A DNA stretch of 64,000 nucleotides from an uncultured Chloroflexia bacterium. GTDB taxonomy: Bacteria > Chloroflexota > Dehalococcoidia > DSTF01 > JALHUB01. The position numbers were made by a program, and so were the translations under genes. Below the pieces are notes generated by a model. It made no database searches. It saw only the letters and a program-made list of their open reading frames with translations, and was not told the DNA's origin. The DNA is taken from the NCBI GenBank assembly GCA_963726245.1, contig CAVSBT010000037.1:1-64000 (forward strand). Reading direction: 5' to 3'. Positions 1-13,254 of the stretch are shown here, piece after piece. Each line of letters starts with the position of its first letter. The stretch's first letter is position 1.

Positions 1-152
1 GCCCCTGGATAGCGGAAGGATGCTCGGCCGGGCCGGAGATAGGCTAACGGTAGTTGCTCCCGAAGGAGGCGTACCGACCGACCTAGGAGATCCCGAGGCA
101 GCCACCACTCACCGCTGAGGTGACTTTTGGATGCCCACGGGTCTGCTCCCTA

Positions 153-1652
<1,500 letters not shown>

Positions 1653-1708
1653 GTAATCCCAGCTGACTTTCGTCAGCGAGGATCCATATTGACGGAGCCC
1701 AGCCGATT

Positions 1709-1736
1709 TCCTTCCGCTATCCAGTTGTTAAGGTGC
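1709..1736 (-). promoter_or_regulatory. rRNA leader: boxA-like antitermination site and 5' arm of the 16S processing stem
   Basis: GCACCTTAACAAC resembles boxA. 1709-1724 is the exact reverse complement of 5-20, on the other side of the 16S gene. Confidence 0.8.
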
Positions 1737-1857
1737 CTCGTCGGACCGGCCCCAGAACGCACTATACCCTGCGACGCCCTTTTTCTTCGTCGCCGGGTTC
1801 GCGGCCCTGAGGCCTGATAAGGTGCCGACAACGCCGCCTCGTTTCGGACGGCAAGTC

Positions 1858-1886
1858 AGAATAGCACCGCTGCCCTAGCCTGTCAA
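1858..1886 (-). promoter_or_regulatory. sigma70 promoter of the 16S rRNA gene
   Basis: TTGACA (1886-1881), 17 bp, then TATTCT (1863-1858) with TGn extension. The tilS stop codon lies inside the -35 hexamer. Confidence 0.8.
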
Positions 1887-3372
1887 GAGCCCGGGCCGCG
1901 GCGAAATCGCAGGCGCAGCACCCGACAGGTGGCCTCCGTAACGCGCGCCCGCCCGTCGATGCGATGCCCCACAACCCAGACGATGCCGGGCCTGCCGCAC
2001 ACCAGGGGCACGGCGTCGCGCTGGGCACGCGGCACCCGCGCATCGACGAAGAAGTCCTGAAGCTTCTTCTCGCCCGCCAGCCCCAAGGGCTGGAAGCGGT
2101 CGCCGGGCCGTCGCGAGCGCACGCGCAGCTCGTCGCCGGTGACGTCGGCGTCCAGCCAGGCCCGCCAGGGATCGGCGGGCGGGCTCTCCTGTTCGGCCGA
2201 CACCTCCGCCTCGACCAGCCACGGCCCCCACGCCGTGACGCCGGGCACCGTCAGAGGCGCCTCCGGAGCAGCCTCGGAAGCGGTCGACAGGGCTGGGGCG
2301 CCTTCCTCCTGCTCCAACGAGAGTGTCGCCTCCTCGTAGCCCACGTCGAAGCGGAGGCCGCGGGGCAGGTCCAGGTGATAGCCGACGCCGCTGCGCCAGG
2401 CCCGCCAGCAGCGCCTCGACGTGGTCTCCCTGCAGCTCGCGGAGGTCACCCAGCAGCCTTCGCACGGCCAGACGGAGGACGCGGCGCTGGAGGCCCTCCG
2501 GCAGCTTCTCCAGGCGCCTCCGGGAGAGGACAACGGCCTCCACGTCGCTACCCGGCTCGAGGGCGTCGGCGGTCAGCCCTTCCAGCACCGCCAGGTCGCT
2601 ACGGGCCGCCTCGGCCAGCCGCAAGAGCGCGGAGTCAATCCGAGGGTTGTACTGTCGGAGCACCGGCAGCAGTTCCAGGCGGACGCGGTTGCGCAGGAAG
2701 GCGGGCGAGAGGTTGCTGGCATCTGCCACCGACTCCACGCTCTCCGCCTGACAGTAGAGGGCCGCCTCCTGGCGTCGCAAGCAGAGGAGGGGGCGGGCCA
2801 CACCCGGCCCTTCCTGGCCGGTCAAGGGCCACGGACCTCGCGCCGCCATGCCCGCCAGCCCGTCGAGGCCGCTACCCCGGATGATGTGTAGGAGAACCGT
2901 CTCCGCCTGGTCGTCGGCGGTGTGGCCGGTGGCAACCACGGTACAGCCGGTGGCGACGGCGGCCTCGGCCAGGAAGGCATAGCGCAGCTCGCGCGCCGCC
3001 TCCTCCCGCGAGAGGCCATGAGCGCGGGCGTGGGCCCGTGTGTCGCCGGCGCCCGCCTGCGAGAGGCACGGCCAGGCGCTGGCAGAGGGCCTCCACGTGG
3101 GACCGCTCGCGGCGGGCAGCAAGCCGCCCCCGCAGGCCGTGGTCGAAGTGGGCCGCCGTCAGCGTGAGGTCCAGGCTGGGCGCCAGGCGCGACAGGATGA
3201 GGAGTAGAGCGGTGGAGTCGGGGCCGCCGGAGACGGCCGCCAGCACGCGCTCGCCGGGGCGAAGAACCGCCCGGTCGCGCACGTACCGCAGCACCCGCCT
3301 CTCGATAGCGGCGCGGCGGCGTCTCCCGTCGGCCCGTCCCGGCCGGCCCCGCGCGGGGGGTTCGCCTTTCAT
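1883..3372 (-). CDS. tilS: tRNA(Ile)-lysidine synthetase (two apparent frameshifts, ~3060 and ~2395)
   Basis: SGGPDS PP-loop, HFDHGLRG, GHTADDQAET, RNRVR and C-terminal RRPGDRFQP/KKLQDFF motifs spread over three overlapping ORFs. Confidence 0.93.
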
Positions 3373-3440
3373 TTGCCTCTTTTCAAACAAGAGAAGCGGC
3401 CCTCGAGAGGACCGCCCCGTTCACATCAATCTCCCGCCCG

Positions 3441-3845
3441 TCAGGGCCCGAACAAGTCTTCCCACCAGGGCCGATTGGGCCGGTCGCTCTCCGGCGTTGG
3501 AACCCCCGCCTCCCCTCCCGGCGGGCCGCTGACAACGGCCAGCGTTTCGCCGGGCTTGACCAGACCGAGGACGCGACGGGCAACGCTCTCGATGTACTCA
3601 TCGGAGCGCAGGTACTCACGCAGCGCCACCAACTCCTCGTGCTGTCGCTGGAGCTCGGCGATGTCGCGACGCACCTGCTGCTCCTGGCCGGCCAGCCGGT
3701 AGGACTGGAATCCGGTGCCGCCCGCTCGAAACAGCAGATAGCCCACCACGAAGGCGGCGACCAAGACAACCAGAACGCCCACGTAGGCAGAGGAGCCCAG
3801 TCGAATCACAAGCTCTACCCTGCCCGCCACCAGTTCGCGTGCCAA
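3441..3845 (-). CDS. ftsB: Septum formation initiator, FtsB/DivIC family
   Basis: One TM helix, a coiled coil, and YIESVARRVLGLVKPGE. Confidence 0.85.
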   Translation of the reverse strand: MARELVAGRVELVIRLGSSAYVGVLVVLVAAFVVGYLLFRAGGTGFQSYRLAGQEQQVRRDIAELQRQHEELVALREYLRSDEYIESVARRVLGLVKPGETLAVVSGPPGGEAGVPTPESDRPNRPWWEDLFGP

Positions 3846-3890
3846 TGTACCATAATGACGGCAGGTTCACAAGCGAGGGAGGCTGTGACT

Positions 3891-3913
3891 CCGAAGGCCA
3901 GGCTTCAGCCTGG
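3891..3913. repeat. GAAG-type REP-like palindrome
   Basis: CGAAGGCCAGGCTTCAGCCTGG; related copies at ~40829, ~46232 and ~53443. Confidence 0.65.
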
Positions 3914-3934
3914 GCGAGCCGCGCCGGCCTCAGG

Positions 3935-4582
3935 TTATGACGTGCCCCAGTAGCCGCGAGCCTCCACCAGCCCCTCCGCTTCCAGGTGGCAGGTGTCATT
4001 CAGAGAGATGACGACGGCACTGTCGTCGTGGACTTCGAGGACCGCCTTGGCCGCCAGGTCGTGCTGGAGGCGGCGGAAGCTCGCCACGGGGATCCCCAGC
4101 GCTCGACAGAGGACGGCATGGATCGTGAAGTTGTGGCTGACGACTATCACCGTCTCCTCGGGGTGACGCTCCGCTAGGCGCTCTACGGCGGCCCAGGCCC
4201 GGTCCTGCACGTCCTGGAGGCTTTCGCCGCCGGGCATGCGCAGGCTGCCCGCCTCGGTGGAGAACCACTCACGCAAGAAGTCGCCGTAGCGGTCGCGCAT
4301 CTCCTGCGGCGAGAGGCCCTCTAGCTCGCCCACCGCCATCTCGATGAGGTCATCGTCGACCTGCACCTCCAGGCCGCGGGCCTCGGCCAGAGGACGGGCG
4401 GTCTCGACCGCGCGGCAGAGGGGACTGGAGTAGACAGCGGCCACGGGCACGCCGGCCAGGGAAGCAGCCACTGCCGCCGCCTGCCGTCGACCCCTCTCGT
4501 TCAGGGGGACGTCCTCCCGCCCCAGGGCCAGTCGCTCCCGGTTGCTCTCCGTCTCGCCGTGCCGGACCAGGATGAGTCGCAT
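3935..4582 (-). CDS. Histidine phosphatase family protein (CobC/GpmB-like)
   Basis: LVRHGE, SSPL.RA.ETA, PGGES, VSH and LNDTCHL motifs. Confidence 0.92.
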   Translation of the reverse strand: MRLILVRHGETESNRERLALGREDVPLNERGRRQAAAVAASLAGVPVAAVYSSPLCRAVETARPLAEARGLEVQVDDDLIEMAVGELEGLSPQEMRDRYGDFLREWFSTEAGSLRMPGGESLQDVQDRAWAAVERLAERHPEETVIVVSHNFTIHAVLCRALGIPVASFRRLQHDLAAKAVLEVHDDSAVVISLNDTCHLEAEGLVEARGYWGTS

Positions 4583-4672
4583 CTCGCTGCGACGAGGGTA
4601 TCAGGGGATATGTCCGGCAACAAGGCCTCAACTTCGCAGTCAGGCAACCGAGAATAGACCAGGAGCATCAGC

Positions 4673-4873
4673 ATGGAAGCTCGAAATACCACTGCGCCAG
4701 GGAAGGCCGAGGCCACGGAGCGGCAACCCACCCCCATCCGGGTTCCTTTCACTCTCCTCGGGGCGTTCGACCTGGCAGCGGTCATGGCCGTCGCCTGGAT
4801 GGCGCTGCGCGACAGCCGCCACAAGTCGCCGCGCCAAGGCCAGGCGCCCCAAGGACACGTGAGAGGCCGCTGA
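4673..4873 (+). CDS. Small hypothetical single-TM protein
   Basis: AGGAG RBS, one hydrophobic segment, and the stop abuts the next gene's start. Confidence 0.45.
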   Translation: MEARNTTAPGKAEATERQPTPIRVPFTLLGAFDLAAVMAVAWMALRDSRHKSPRQGQAPQGHVRGR

Positions 4874-4874
4874 C

Positions 4875-6138
4875 GTGACGACATTCGCCCTCGGCGCTCT
4901 TGTCCGCCGTCGAGCCTGGGCCGCACGCCCGGCTTGGTGGCCCCAGTTGAGCTCAGCCCTGCTGGTTGGGCTCATCGGCATCGAGGTGGCGGCGCTGGTG
5001 GCGCTGCTACCGGATACGATGTCGATCTGGCGGCAGGGCAAACCCACCGCCGACTTTCAGCTTCTGCTCGGCGCAGCGCGGGACCTCAAGCCTCAACGGG
5101 CTCTACAGCCCCGGCCTGTCCATCCTCCTCTATCCGCTCACTCTTCTCAGCGAAGCAACGGCCTATCGCGTCTTCACCGGCCTGGGCATGCTGGCAGTGC
5201 TCGCCGTGGCCTACCTGGCGCAGCGCGGCATTCGCCCGGTCGAGGGGCGACTGGCGGTGGCGCTGGGTGTCATCTCGGTACCGCAGATGCACTGGGCCCT
5301 GCGCTTCGGACACCTGACTCCTTTCCTGGCCCTGGCGGCGCTGGCAGGGTTCCTTTTGCTCCGACGGCGGCCCTTCCTGGCGGGGCTCTGCTTCGCATTC
5401 CTGGTGCTCAAGCCTCAGTACGCGCCGATCCCGGCCTTCTACCTCCTGTGGACCAGAAACGGCCGGGCGCTGGCTGGGCTGCTGGGCGGCGCTCTCCTGT
5501 TGGAGACGGCCGGGTTCGCTGCGGCCGGCTTCGGAGAGGTCGTGCCTTACGTCAAAGGCTTGCTGGACATGAGCGCCGACTCCCGCGACAACCTCATAGG
5601 CGTCCAGCGGGCCTGGCAGTACGCCTGGCCGGGCTTCCTGGTCAGCGCCGGCCTTGAGCCGAATCCCTTGCTGGTGATAGACGCCCTTGCCCTGAGCCTG
5701 GCCGCGGTAGTGCTGGTCTGGCTGCGGGGCAGCGCGTCGACGGCGATGGCCGCCGCGGCCCTGGGCATGCTCGTGGTGACGCCCTACGCCAACTTCTACG
5801 ACTGGGGTCTGCTGGTGGTGGCCGGCGCCTTGCTGCTACGGGCCGACGTCCGCTGGAAGGGCCTGCTGCCTGTCATCGCCGTCGGACTCTACGTGGCCCT
5901 GATAGCTACCCAGGCGGCGACGCCCTGGCCGATCAAAGACATGCCGATCAACGTGGTCCAGACAGGCGACCAGCTCTCGCTGGCCGTCGGCGACATCGGC
6001 ACCCGAGGGCTCTACTGGGTGACGCCGGCCGCCCTCGCCGCCGTCTGCTTCCTGGGCATCGCAACGCGTCGCGGCGGCCAGAGCGATACGACCAGTCCCA
6101 CAGTCACGGACGCCCCAGAGGCAGGGAGGTCCCCATGA
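4875..6138 (+). CDS. Glycosyltransferase family 87 (DUF2029) membrane protein (frameshift ~5090)
   Basis: ADF / YSP / GH.T / LKPQY / FYDW motifs in a multi-TM protein, split over two ORFs. Confidence 0.75.
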
Positions 6139-6168
6139 CCTCCGAGCGCCTTCGCGGCCCGACAGCAG

Positions 6169-6639
6169 ATGGCCGGCGCCTGGCCCCGGAGCGTTCGCCT
6201 GGCGCTGGCCGTGCTGTTCCTGGCTCTCGGCTATCTCGTCGCCGCCCGCGTGGGCAACGTCCCGCCCTTCCGGCAGAACAACGATCCCTTCGCGACGTCG
6301 GCCGTCCTCGACCAGCTTCCGCCCGGCTTCCCGGTCCCGGCCGACGCGCAGGTCGAACTGGCGGGCCGCGGCGCCAAGCTGCCCTACCACGTGCAGTGGA
6401 CCAGCGCCGAACCCGTCCCGGCCGTGGCCGCGACCTATGAGAACCTGCTGCGAAGTGGCGACTGGGAGCTGATGCTGCGCGAGAAGGCCGACCCGTCCTA
6501 CCGGATCCGGCTGGCCAGACTGGGGCCCGACGGCTCCATGACCCATTGGGCCATGCTGGACGTCTCTCCGCTAGACGGCGGGAGCCGCATCTCCCTCGAC
6601 TTTATGATCACCCAGCGCCTCTCGGTGACCCTTAACTAA
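6169..6639 (+). CDS. Hypothetical membrane-anchored protein
   Basis: N-terminal TM or signal segment, LPPGFPVP motif, host-like codon usage. Confidence 0.65.
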   Translation: MAGAWPRSVRLALAVLFLALGYLVAARVGNVPPFRQNNDPFATSAVLDQLPPGFPVPADAQVELAGRGAKLPYHVQWTSAEPVPAVAATYENLLRSGDWELMLREKADPSYRIRLARLGPDGSMTHWAMLDVSPLDGGSRISLDFMITQRLSVTLN

Positions 6640-6652
6640 CGGCCATGAACCC

Positions 6653-6738
6653 GTAGGGGCAGGGCCCCGTCCCTGCCCTCCCGAGGGCGACCACGGTGGG
6701 TCGCCCCTACACAGGGCGCCTGCAAGAGGCGCCCTTAC
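6653..6738. repeat. GTAG-type REP cluster (3 palindromes)
   Basis: GTAGGGGCAGGG..CCCTGCCC, GGGCGACC..GGTCGCCCCTAC and GGGCGCC..GGCGCCCTTAC. Closely related to 35115-35170. Confidence 0.8.
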
Positions 6739-7448
6739 TCGAGGAAGCGTCCCGCCCGCCGCCAGGCCTCTCGCGCCGGCGAAGTGCCGGCCAGGACAAG
6801 CTCCTGCCGGTGGATGGCCGCGGGCTCCGGCAGCTCCAGGGCGGCCGCGACCTGCTCCGGCCGGCCGGTGGCCGTGTTGTCGCAACGGAGGACCATGCCC
6901 AGGGCGTAGCACCCGGAAGGCGCGTCGTCGAGCCACAGGTCGCGCACAAGAGCGCGGATGTCGTACTTGCGGACCTCCTTCTCGCGCAGATGCTCCCAGG
7001 GAACGCTCTCGGCGGCCAGGAAGCGGTCGATGGCGGAGCGTAGCTCGTCATGCGAGCCGGTGAACGGCCCGTCGACCCGGTAGCGGGCCCAGCGCACCTC
7101 AGACTGGAGGGAGGGCAGACCCAGGCCCACCTCCGCCGCCTCCAGGATCTCGATACCAGCGGGAAGCTGCTCCTTCACGGAGCGCATGAAGCTCAGCGGC
7201 GCGATACGCCGCGTGAGGAAGACATCCATGAGCTCCGCCGAGCTGGTAACGCCCACGGCCAGGGGCGCCGCCAGGGAGAGCCGCGCGTGAGGGGTGTGTC
7301 CCTCCGAGTAGGCGAGGGCCACGCCGGCCCGGCGCAGGGCCCGCTCCCAGAAGCGCATGAGGTCCAGGTGGGTGATGTACTTGGCCTCTTCGCCGCGGCG
7401 GAAGCGTAGGCGGAGGCGCTGGACTTTGGTCGAAGCCGCGGTCGTCAC
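6735..7448 (-). CDS. TIGR03936 radical SAM-associated protein (DUF2344)
   Basis: KYITHLDLMRFWERALRRAG.AYSEG..PH.RLS.A.PL.VG signature. Confidence 0.9.
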   Translation of the reverse strand: MTTAASTKVQRLRLRFRRGEEAKYITHLDLMRFWERALRRAGVALAYSEGHTPHARLSLAAPLAVGVTSSAELMDVFLTRRIAPLSFMRSVKEQLPAGIEILEAAEVGLGLPSLQSEVRWARYRVDGPFTGSHDELRSAIDRFLAAESVPWEHLREKEVRKYDIRALVRDLWLDDAPSGCYALGMVLRCDNTATGRPEQVAAALELPEPAAIHRQELVLAGTSPAREAWRRAGRFLE

Positions 7449-8761
7449 AGCTTCGTCACCCGCACGCGCTCGATCTTCACTCCCTGGACCTCGGCCACCA
7501 CCATGCGGAAGCCATCGCCCAGGACCTGTTCGCCCTCCTTCGGGATGTGGCCCAGGGCGCTGAGGACGAATCCGGCCACCGTCTCGTAGTCGCCGTCCGG
7601 GATGGCCAGCCCCAGCTCCTCGTTAGCCTCGAATACGCTCATGCCGGCGTCCAGATCGGTCGTGTGCTCGTCGATGGCGACGAACTCGCGCATCGGCTTG
7701 CCCAGCTCGTCCACCACGCGTCCCACCATTTCCTCGAGCAGGAGCTCGAGGGTGACGATGCCGGCGGTGCCCCCGTACTCGTCCACAACGATGGCCATCT
7801 GGTGCCCGCCCTCCTGCATCTCCCAGAAGAGGCCGCCAACAGGCTTGGTCTCCGGCACGTAGAAGGCGGGGCGCAGGACGTTGTCCAACGGCGACGACTC
7901 GTCCAGCTCGCCCTGGGCCACGGCGCGCAGGACATCCTTGATGCCGACGATGCCCACCACGTTGTCGATGCTCTCGTCGTACACGGGAAACCGCGAGTGG
8001 AGGGCGCCGGCGAAGGTCAGATAGAAGTCGCGCAAGGGCGTGCCCTTCTCCAGCCAGACCACCTCGGTCCGCGGCACCATAATCTCTTTCACCAGCCGGT
8101 CACGGAAGTGAAACACCCGCTCCAGGAGCTCGCCGGTGCTCTCACCAACCGCCCCCTCCTCGGTGCTGATGTCGATCAGCATGCGCAGCTCGGCCTCGGT
8201 CACCGTGGGCGAGACACGGACGGCCGAGCCGAAGAGGATACGGGACAGGATCGCAGGGGCCGCCGCTGTGGCCGAAACCAGGGGTCGCAGGGCCCTCATA
8301 GACCACTCGACGGGGCGCGCCACCAGCAATGCGTAGCGATCGGCGACCCGCGTGGCGAGCGTCTTGGGCGTGACCTCGCCGAGAAGGGCCAAAGCCACGG
8401 TGACAATGACGGCTGCCACCACCAGACCCAACCCTCCGGCCACCTCGAGGGCGATGACGCTGCCCATGGAGGAGGCCACTACCACGAACAGGTTCTGGAA
8501 GAGGACGATGAAGGCGAAGAAGCGGTCCTGGCTCCTCTGGAGGCGCTCCAGGGACTGCGCCGCCCGGCTGCCCCTCTCGGCCAGGTGGCGGACGCGGATG
8601 TGGTTCGCCGCCACCACCGCGATCTCGACGCTGTTCACCACGGCGTAGCCCAGCACGCTGAGCACGAGGATAAGGACGCTGATGGGGATGTTCAGGCCGC
8701 TAACGGCCAGCCCGCCCTCGGCGAGGACGGGAGAAAGGATATTGGGGGGGTATTCAAACAT
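7445..8761 (-). CDS. Hemolysin/CNNM family protein (CNNM + 2 CBS + CorC domains)
   Basis: [31 protein letters not shown] and YETVAGF motifs. Confidence 0.93.
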   Translation of the reverse strand: MFEYPPNILSPVLAEGGLAVSGLNIPISVLILVLSVLGYAVVNSVEIAVVAANHIRVRHLAERGSRAAQSLERLQRSQDRFFAFIVLFQNLFVVVASSMGSVIALEVAGGLGLVVAAVIVTVALALLGEVTPKTLATRVADRYALLVARPVEWSMRALRPLVSATAAAPAILSRILFGSAVRVSPTVTEAELRMLIDISTEEGAVGESTGELLERVFHFRDRLVKEIMVPRTEVVWLEKGTPLRDFYLTFAGALHSRFPVYDESIDNVVGIVGIKDVLRAVAQGELDESSPLDNVLRPAFYVPETKPVGGLFWEMQEGGHQMAIVVDEYGGTAGIVTLELLLEEMVGRVVDELGKPMREFVAIDEHTTDLDAGMSVFEANEELGLAIPDGDYETVAGFVLSALGHIPKEGEQVLGDGFRMVVAEVQGVKIERVRVTKL

Positions 8762-8823
8762 CGACGGCCCAACCGCCCGTGCCCTGGACCACCGTACGCC
8801 GGCGGCCCGGCAAGCACACGCGG

Positions 8824-8853
8824 ATCATAGCAACGCGCTCAGAAGGCTGTCAA
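8824..8853 (-). promoter_or_regulatory. sigma70 promoter of the CNNM gene
   Basis: TTGACA, 18 bp, then TATGAT with TGn extension. Confidence 0.65.
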
Positions 8854-8882
8854 AGGAGAGGCTGGAGGCCGGTGGGGCAGTG

Positions 8883-8926
8883 GTAGGGGCGCAGCATGCT
8901 GCGCCCCTACGGGTGGGATGCAAAGC
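8883..8926. repeat. GTAG-type REP with conserved flank
   Basis: Perfect palindrome GTAGGGGCGCAGCATGCTGCGCCCCTAC followed by GGGTGGGATGCAAAGC; the same flank occurs inverted at 30421-30436. Confidence 0.85.
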
Positions 8927-8954
8927 TATTCTGTTCATGACCATAAGGTCGCCG

Positions 8955-9971
8955 CTACGGGCCACGCCCCGGCGGGCGCTCGCGCGGAGGACGCGCTCCG
9001 CCGTCCGCACCGCCGCCGGCGCTCTCGATGAGGCGGCGGGCGGCGCTGTAGGGGTCCAAGTCACGCTCGGCGACGGCCCCCACCAGCTCGTCGAGCCGGC
9101 CGTTCTCTTCCGTGGTCCGGAGGACACCGGCCAGCAACTCGTGACGGGCCAGGGCCAGCACCTGGTGCCGCGCCTGGGCCAGCCGGTGCCGTTCCAGCCG
9201 CCCAGACTCCCGCAGGTAGCGCCGGTGCTCGTCGACGGCGTCCATCAGCTCGGCCACTCCGTCGCCGCTGGTGGCGATGGTCTTCAGCACCGGGACATCG
9301 CGCTCGTCGCCGCTCCTGGGGACTACGGCCTGGAGCTGGCGGACCAGGGTATCGGCGCCGGGCTGGTCGGCCTTGTTCACCACCAGGATGTCGGCGATCT
9401 CCAGGATGCCTGCCTTCAGGGCCTGCACGTCGTCGCCGGTGCCGGGGGTGTTGACCACCACCGTCGTCTCGGCAGCGCCCGCTACCTCCACCTCGTCCTG
9501 GCCGGCGCCCACCGTCTCGATGAGCACCGCGTCTTTGCCGGCGGCGTCGAGGACGGCCACCACCTGCGCCGTAGCCGAGGCCAGGCCGCCGAGCGCGCCG
9601 CGGGTCGCCATGCTGCGCAGAAAGATCTCCGGATCAGAGGTGAGCTCTTGCATGCGTATGCGGTCGCCGAGGAGGGCGCCGTGAGTGAAGGGGCTCGACG
9701 GGTCGACGGCGACGATGCCCACGCTGCGCTGACGGCGGCGCAGCTCTCGGGCCAGCGCACCGGCCAGCGTGCTCTTCCCCGACCCGCTGGGTCCCGTCAG
9801 GCCGATGCTGTGCGCGCGCCCCGTGTGAGGATAGAGGAGGCGGAGCGCCTCGTAGCCCTCAGGCTCGCCGTTCTCGACCAGGCTGATGACGCGGGCCAGG
9901 GCCCGCCGTTCGCCGGCCAGCACCTGCTGCACGAGAGCCTCCACTGCATCGGGCCCTCGCGCCGCCCTCAC
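8955..9971 (-). CDS. meaB: Methylmalonyl-CoA mutase-associated GTPase
   Basis: [36 protein letters not shown] and VNKAD. Confidence 0.96.
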   Translation of the reverse strand: MRAARGPDAVEALVQQVLAGERRALARVISLVENGEPEGYEALRLLYPHTGRAHSIGLTGPSGSGKSTLAGALARELRRRQRSVGIVAVDPSSPFTHGALLGDRIRMQELTSDPEIFLRSMATRGALGGLASATAQVVAVLDAAGKDAVLIETVGAGQDEVEVAGAAETTVVVNTPGTGDDVQALKAGILEIADILVVNKADQPGADTLVRQLQAVVPRSGDERDVPVLKTIATSGDGVAELMDAVDEHRRYLRESGRLERHRLAQARHQVLALARHELLAGVLRTTEENGRLDELVGAVAERDLDPYSAARRLIESAGGGADGGARPPRERPPGRGP

Positions 9972-10411
9972 GACGGCTTGCCTTTGGTGCTGGCGGACTC
10001 GCCGCTTCCGGCGGTCTGGGCGTTCTGACGGATGAACTCGATGATCTCGCTCGTGGTGGCGCCGGGCCGGAAGATGCCCTGGAAGCCCATCGCCTGCAGG
10101 GCCGGCATGTCCTCGTCGGGGATGATGCCGCCGGCGAAGAGAAGGATGTCGTCCACGCCTCGGGCCTTGAGCTGCGCTACGACGCGGGGAAAGAGCTCCA
10201 TGTGGGCGCCGGAGAGGATGCTAAGGCCGACGGCGCTCACGTCCTCCTGGAGGGCGGCCTCGGCGATCATCTCCGGCGTCTGGCGGATGCCGGTGTAGAT
10301 GACCTCCATGCCGGCGTCGCGGAGGGCGCGGGCCACCACCTTGGCGCCGCGGTCGTGCCCGTCGAGACCCGGCTTAGCGATGAGCACGCGGATCTTGCGC
10401 TCTTGCGTCAT
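9968..10411 (-). CDS. Methylmalonyl-CoA mutase small (B12-binding) subunit
   Basis: [10 protein letters not shown] (DxHxxG), S.L.G.H and GG motifs. Confidence 0.96.
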   Translation of the reverse strand: MTQERKIRVLIAKPGLDGHDRGAKVVARALRDAGMEVIYTGIRQTPEMIAEAALQEDVSAVGLSILSGAHMELFPRVVAQLKARGVDDILLFAGGIIPDEDMPALQAMGFQGIFRPGATTSEIIEFIRQNAQTAGSGESASTKGKPS

Positions 10412-10492
10412 GTCCTCAGTCCTACCTCTGCCTAGAATGAGACGCGGCCCGGTCCAGCCGCGCCCCCATTATAGACCGTCAGCGGCCTATAT

Positions 10493-10526
10493 GTAGCGGA
10501 GGGCTTTAGCCCTCCACATCCGCTAC
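10493..10526. repeat. GTAG-type REP-like palindrome
   Basis: GTAGCGGAGGGCTTTAGCCCTCCACATCCGCTAC. Confidence 0.65.
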
Positions 10527-10537
10527 GCGTGCCGCCC

Positions 10538-10942
10538 CTAATGTCGTTCGAGAAGCTGGATAGCCACCCCGTGCGCCGACTCCGGGCTGATGCGGGCGAG
10601 GCGTGCCGCCTCCCACGTGCCGGGCTCGGGGTCGGACACCTGCACGCCGCGGCCGCGCAGCTCGGCCACCGCCGCCTCCAGGTCGTCGACCTCGATGCAG
10701 AGGGAGAACAGCCCCTCGCCGCGCTCATCGATGAAGGTCGCCAGGGGGTGGTCCGGCGTCAGCGGCTGCGCCAGCTCGACGAAGGCGTTGCCCGCCGGCA
10801 CTTTGGCCAGCCTCACGTCCGAGCCGGCGGGCTGGAAGACGCGCTCCGTCTTCAGGCCCAGGTTGCGCTCCCAGGCCTGCGCCGCCTCCTCTAGCTCGCG
10901 AACCGCGACGGCCACGTGGTCGAGCCGCTTGAGACGCGTCAC
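10538..10942 (-). CDS. VOC-family protein, methylmalonyl-CoA epimerase-like paralog
   Basis: [20 protein letters not shown] and HGV.IQL motifs. Confidence 0.85.
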   Translation of the reverse strand: MTRLKRLDHVAVAVRELEEAAQAWERNLGLKTERVFQPAGSDVRLAKVPAGNAFVELAQPLTPDHPLATFIDERGEGLFSLCIEVDDLEAAVAELRGRGVQVSDPEPGTWEAARLARISPESAHGVAIQLLERH

Positions 10943-10951
10943 ACGCCCCTC

Positions 10952-11354
10952 CTAATCCACCGGCTGGGCCAGCTCTACGAGGACGCCACGGTGGGCGCGC
11001 GGGTGAAGGAAGCAGATCATCCCGGCCAGCCCCCGGCGCGGCTGCTGATCGATCAGCTCCACGCCGCGCTCCTTGAGGCCGGCCAGCTCGGCGTCGATGT
11101 CGTCTGTCTCGAAGCAGATGTGGTGGAGGCCCTCGCCGCGACGCTCCAGGAAACGCGCCACGCCGCCCTGCGGGTCGATGGGCTCCAGCAGCTCGAATCT
11201 CGCAGTCCCCGAGAGTGAGGAGGGCGGCCTTCACGCCCTGCTCCTGGACGATCGCCTCCTTGTGCAGAGGGAGCCCCAGCGTGTCACGGTAGAAGCGGTA
11301 GCCCTCCTCCAGGCTCCGCACGACGATGCCGACGTGGTGAATCTTCTTGATCAT
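10952..11354 (-). CDS. mce: Methylmalonyl-CoA epimerase (frameshift ~11200)
   Basis: [29 protein letters not shown] and [14 protein letters not shown]. Confidence 0.9.
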
Positions 11355-11356
11355 GG

Positions 11357-13037
<1,681 letters not shown>

Positions 13038-13254
13038 GGCGGGTCTCCCGGCAGGCGAACGCCTGGGACAAAAGGGGACGGCCAAGCAGCCGTCCTCGCG
13101 CCAGGATGCCAGTGTAGCTATGAGCCAGGCCGCCTGTCAACGCGACGCGGCCGCTCGTTCCCGGCCGGAATTACGAGTAGTGCGTAGATCCCTTGATAAG
13201 TCCCGCACGAGGCGTACAATGCTCCTGTCCAGATCTGTCCGGAGAGGTCACGCC

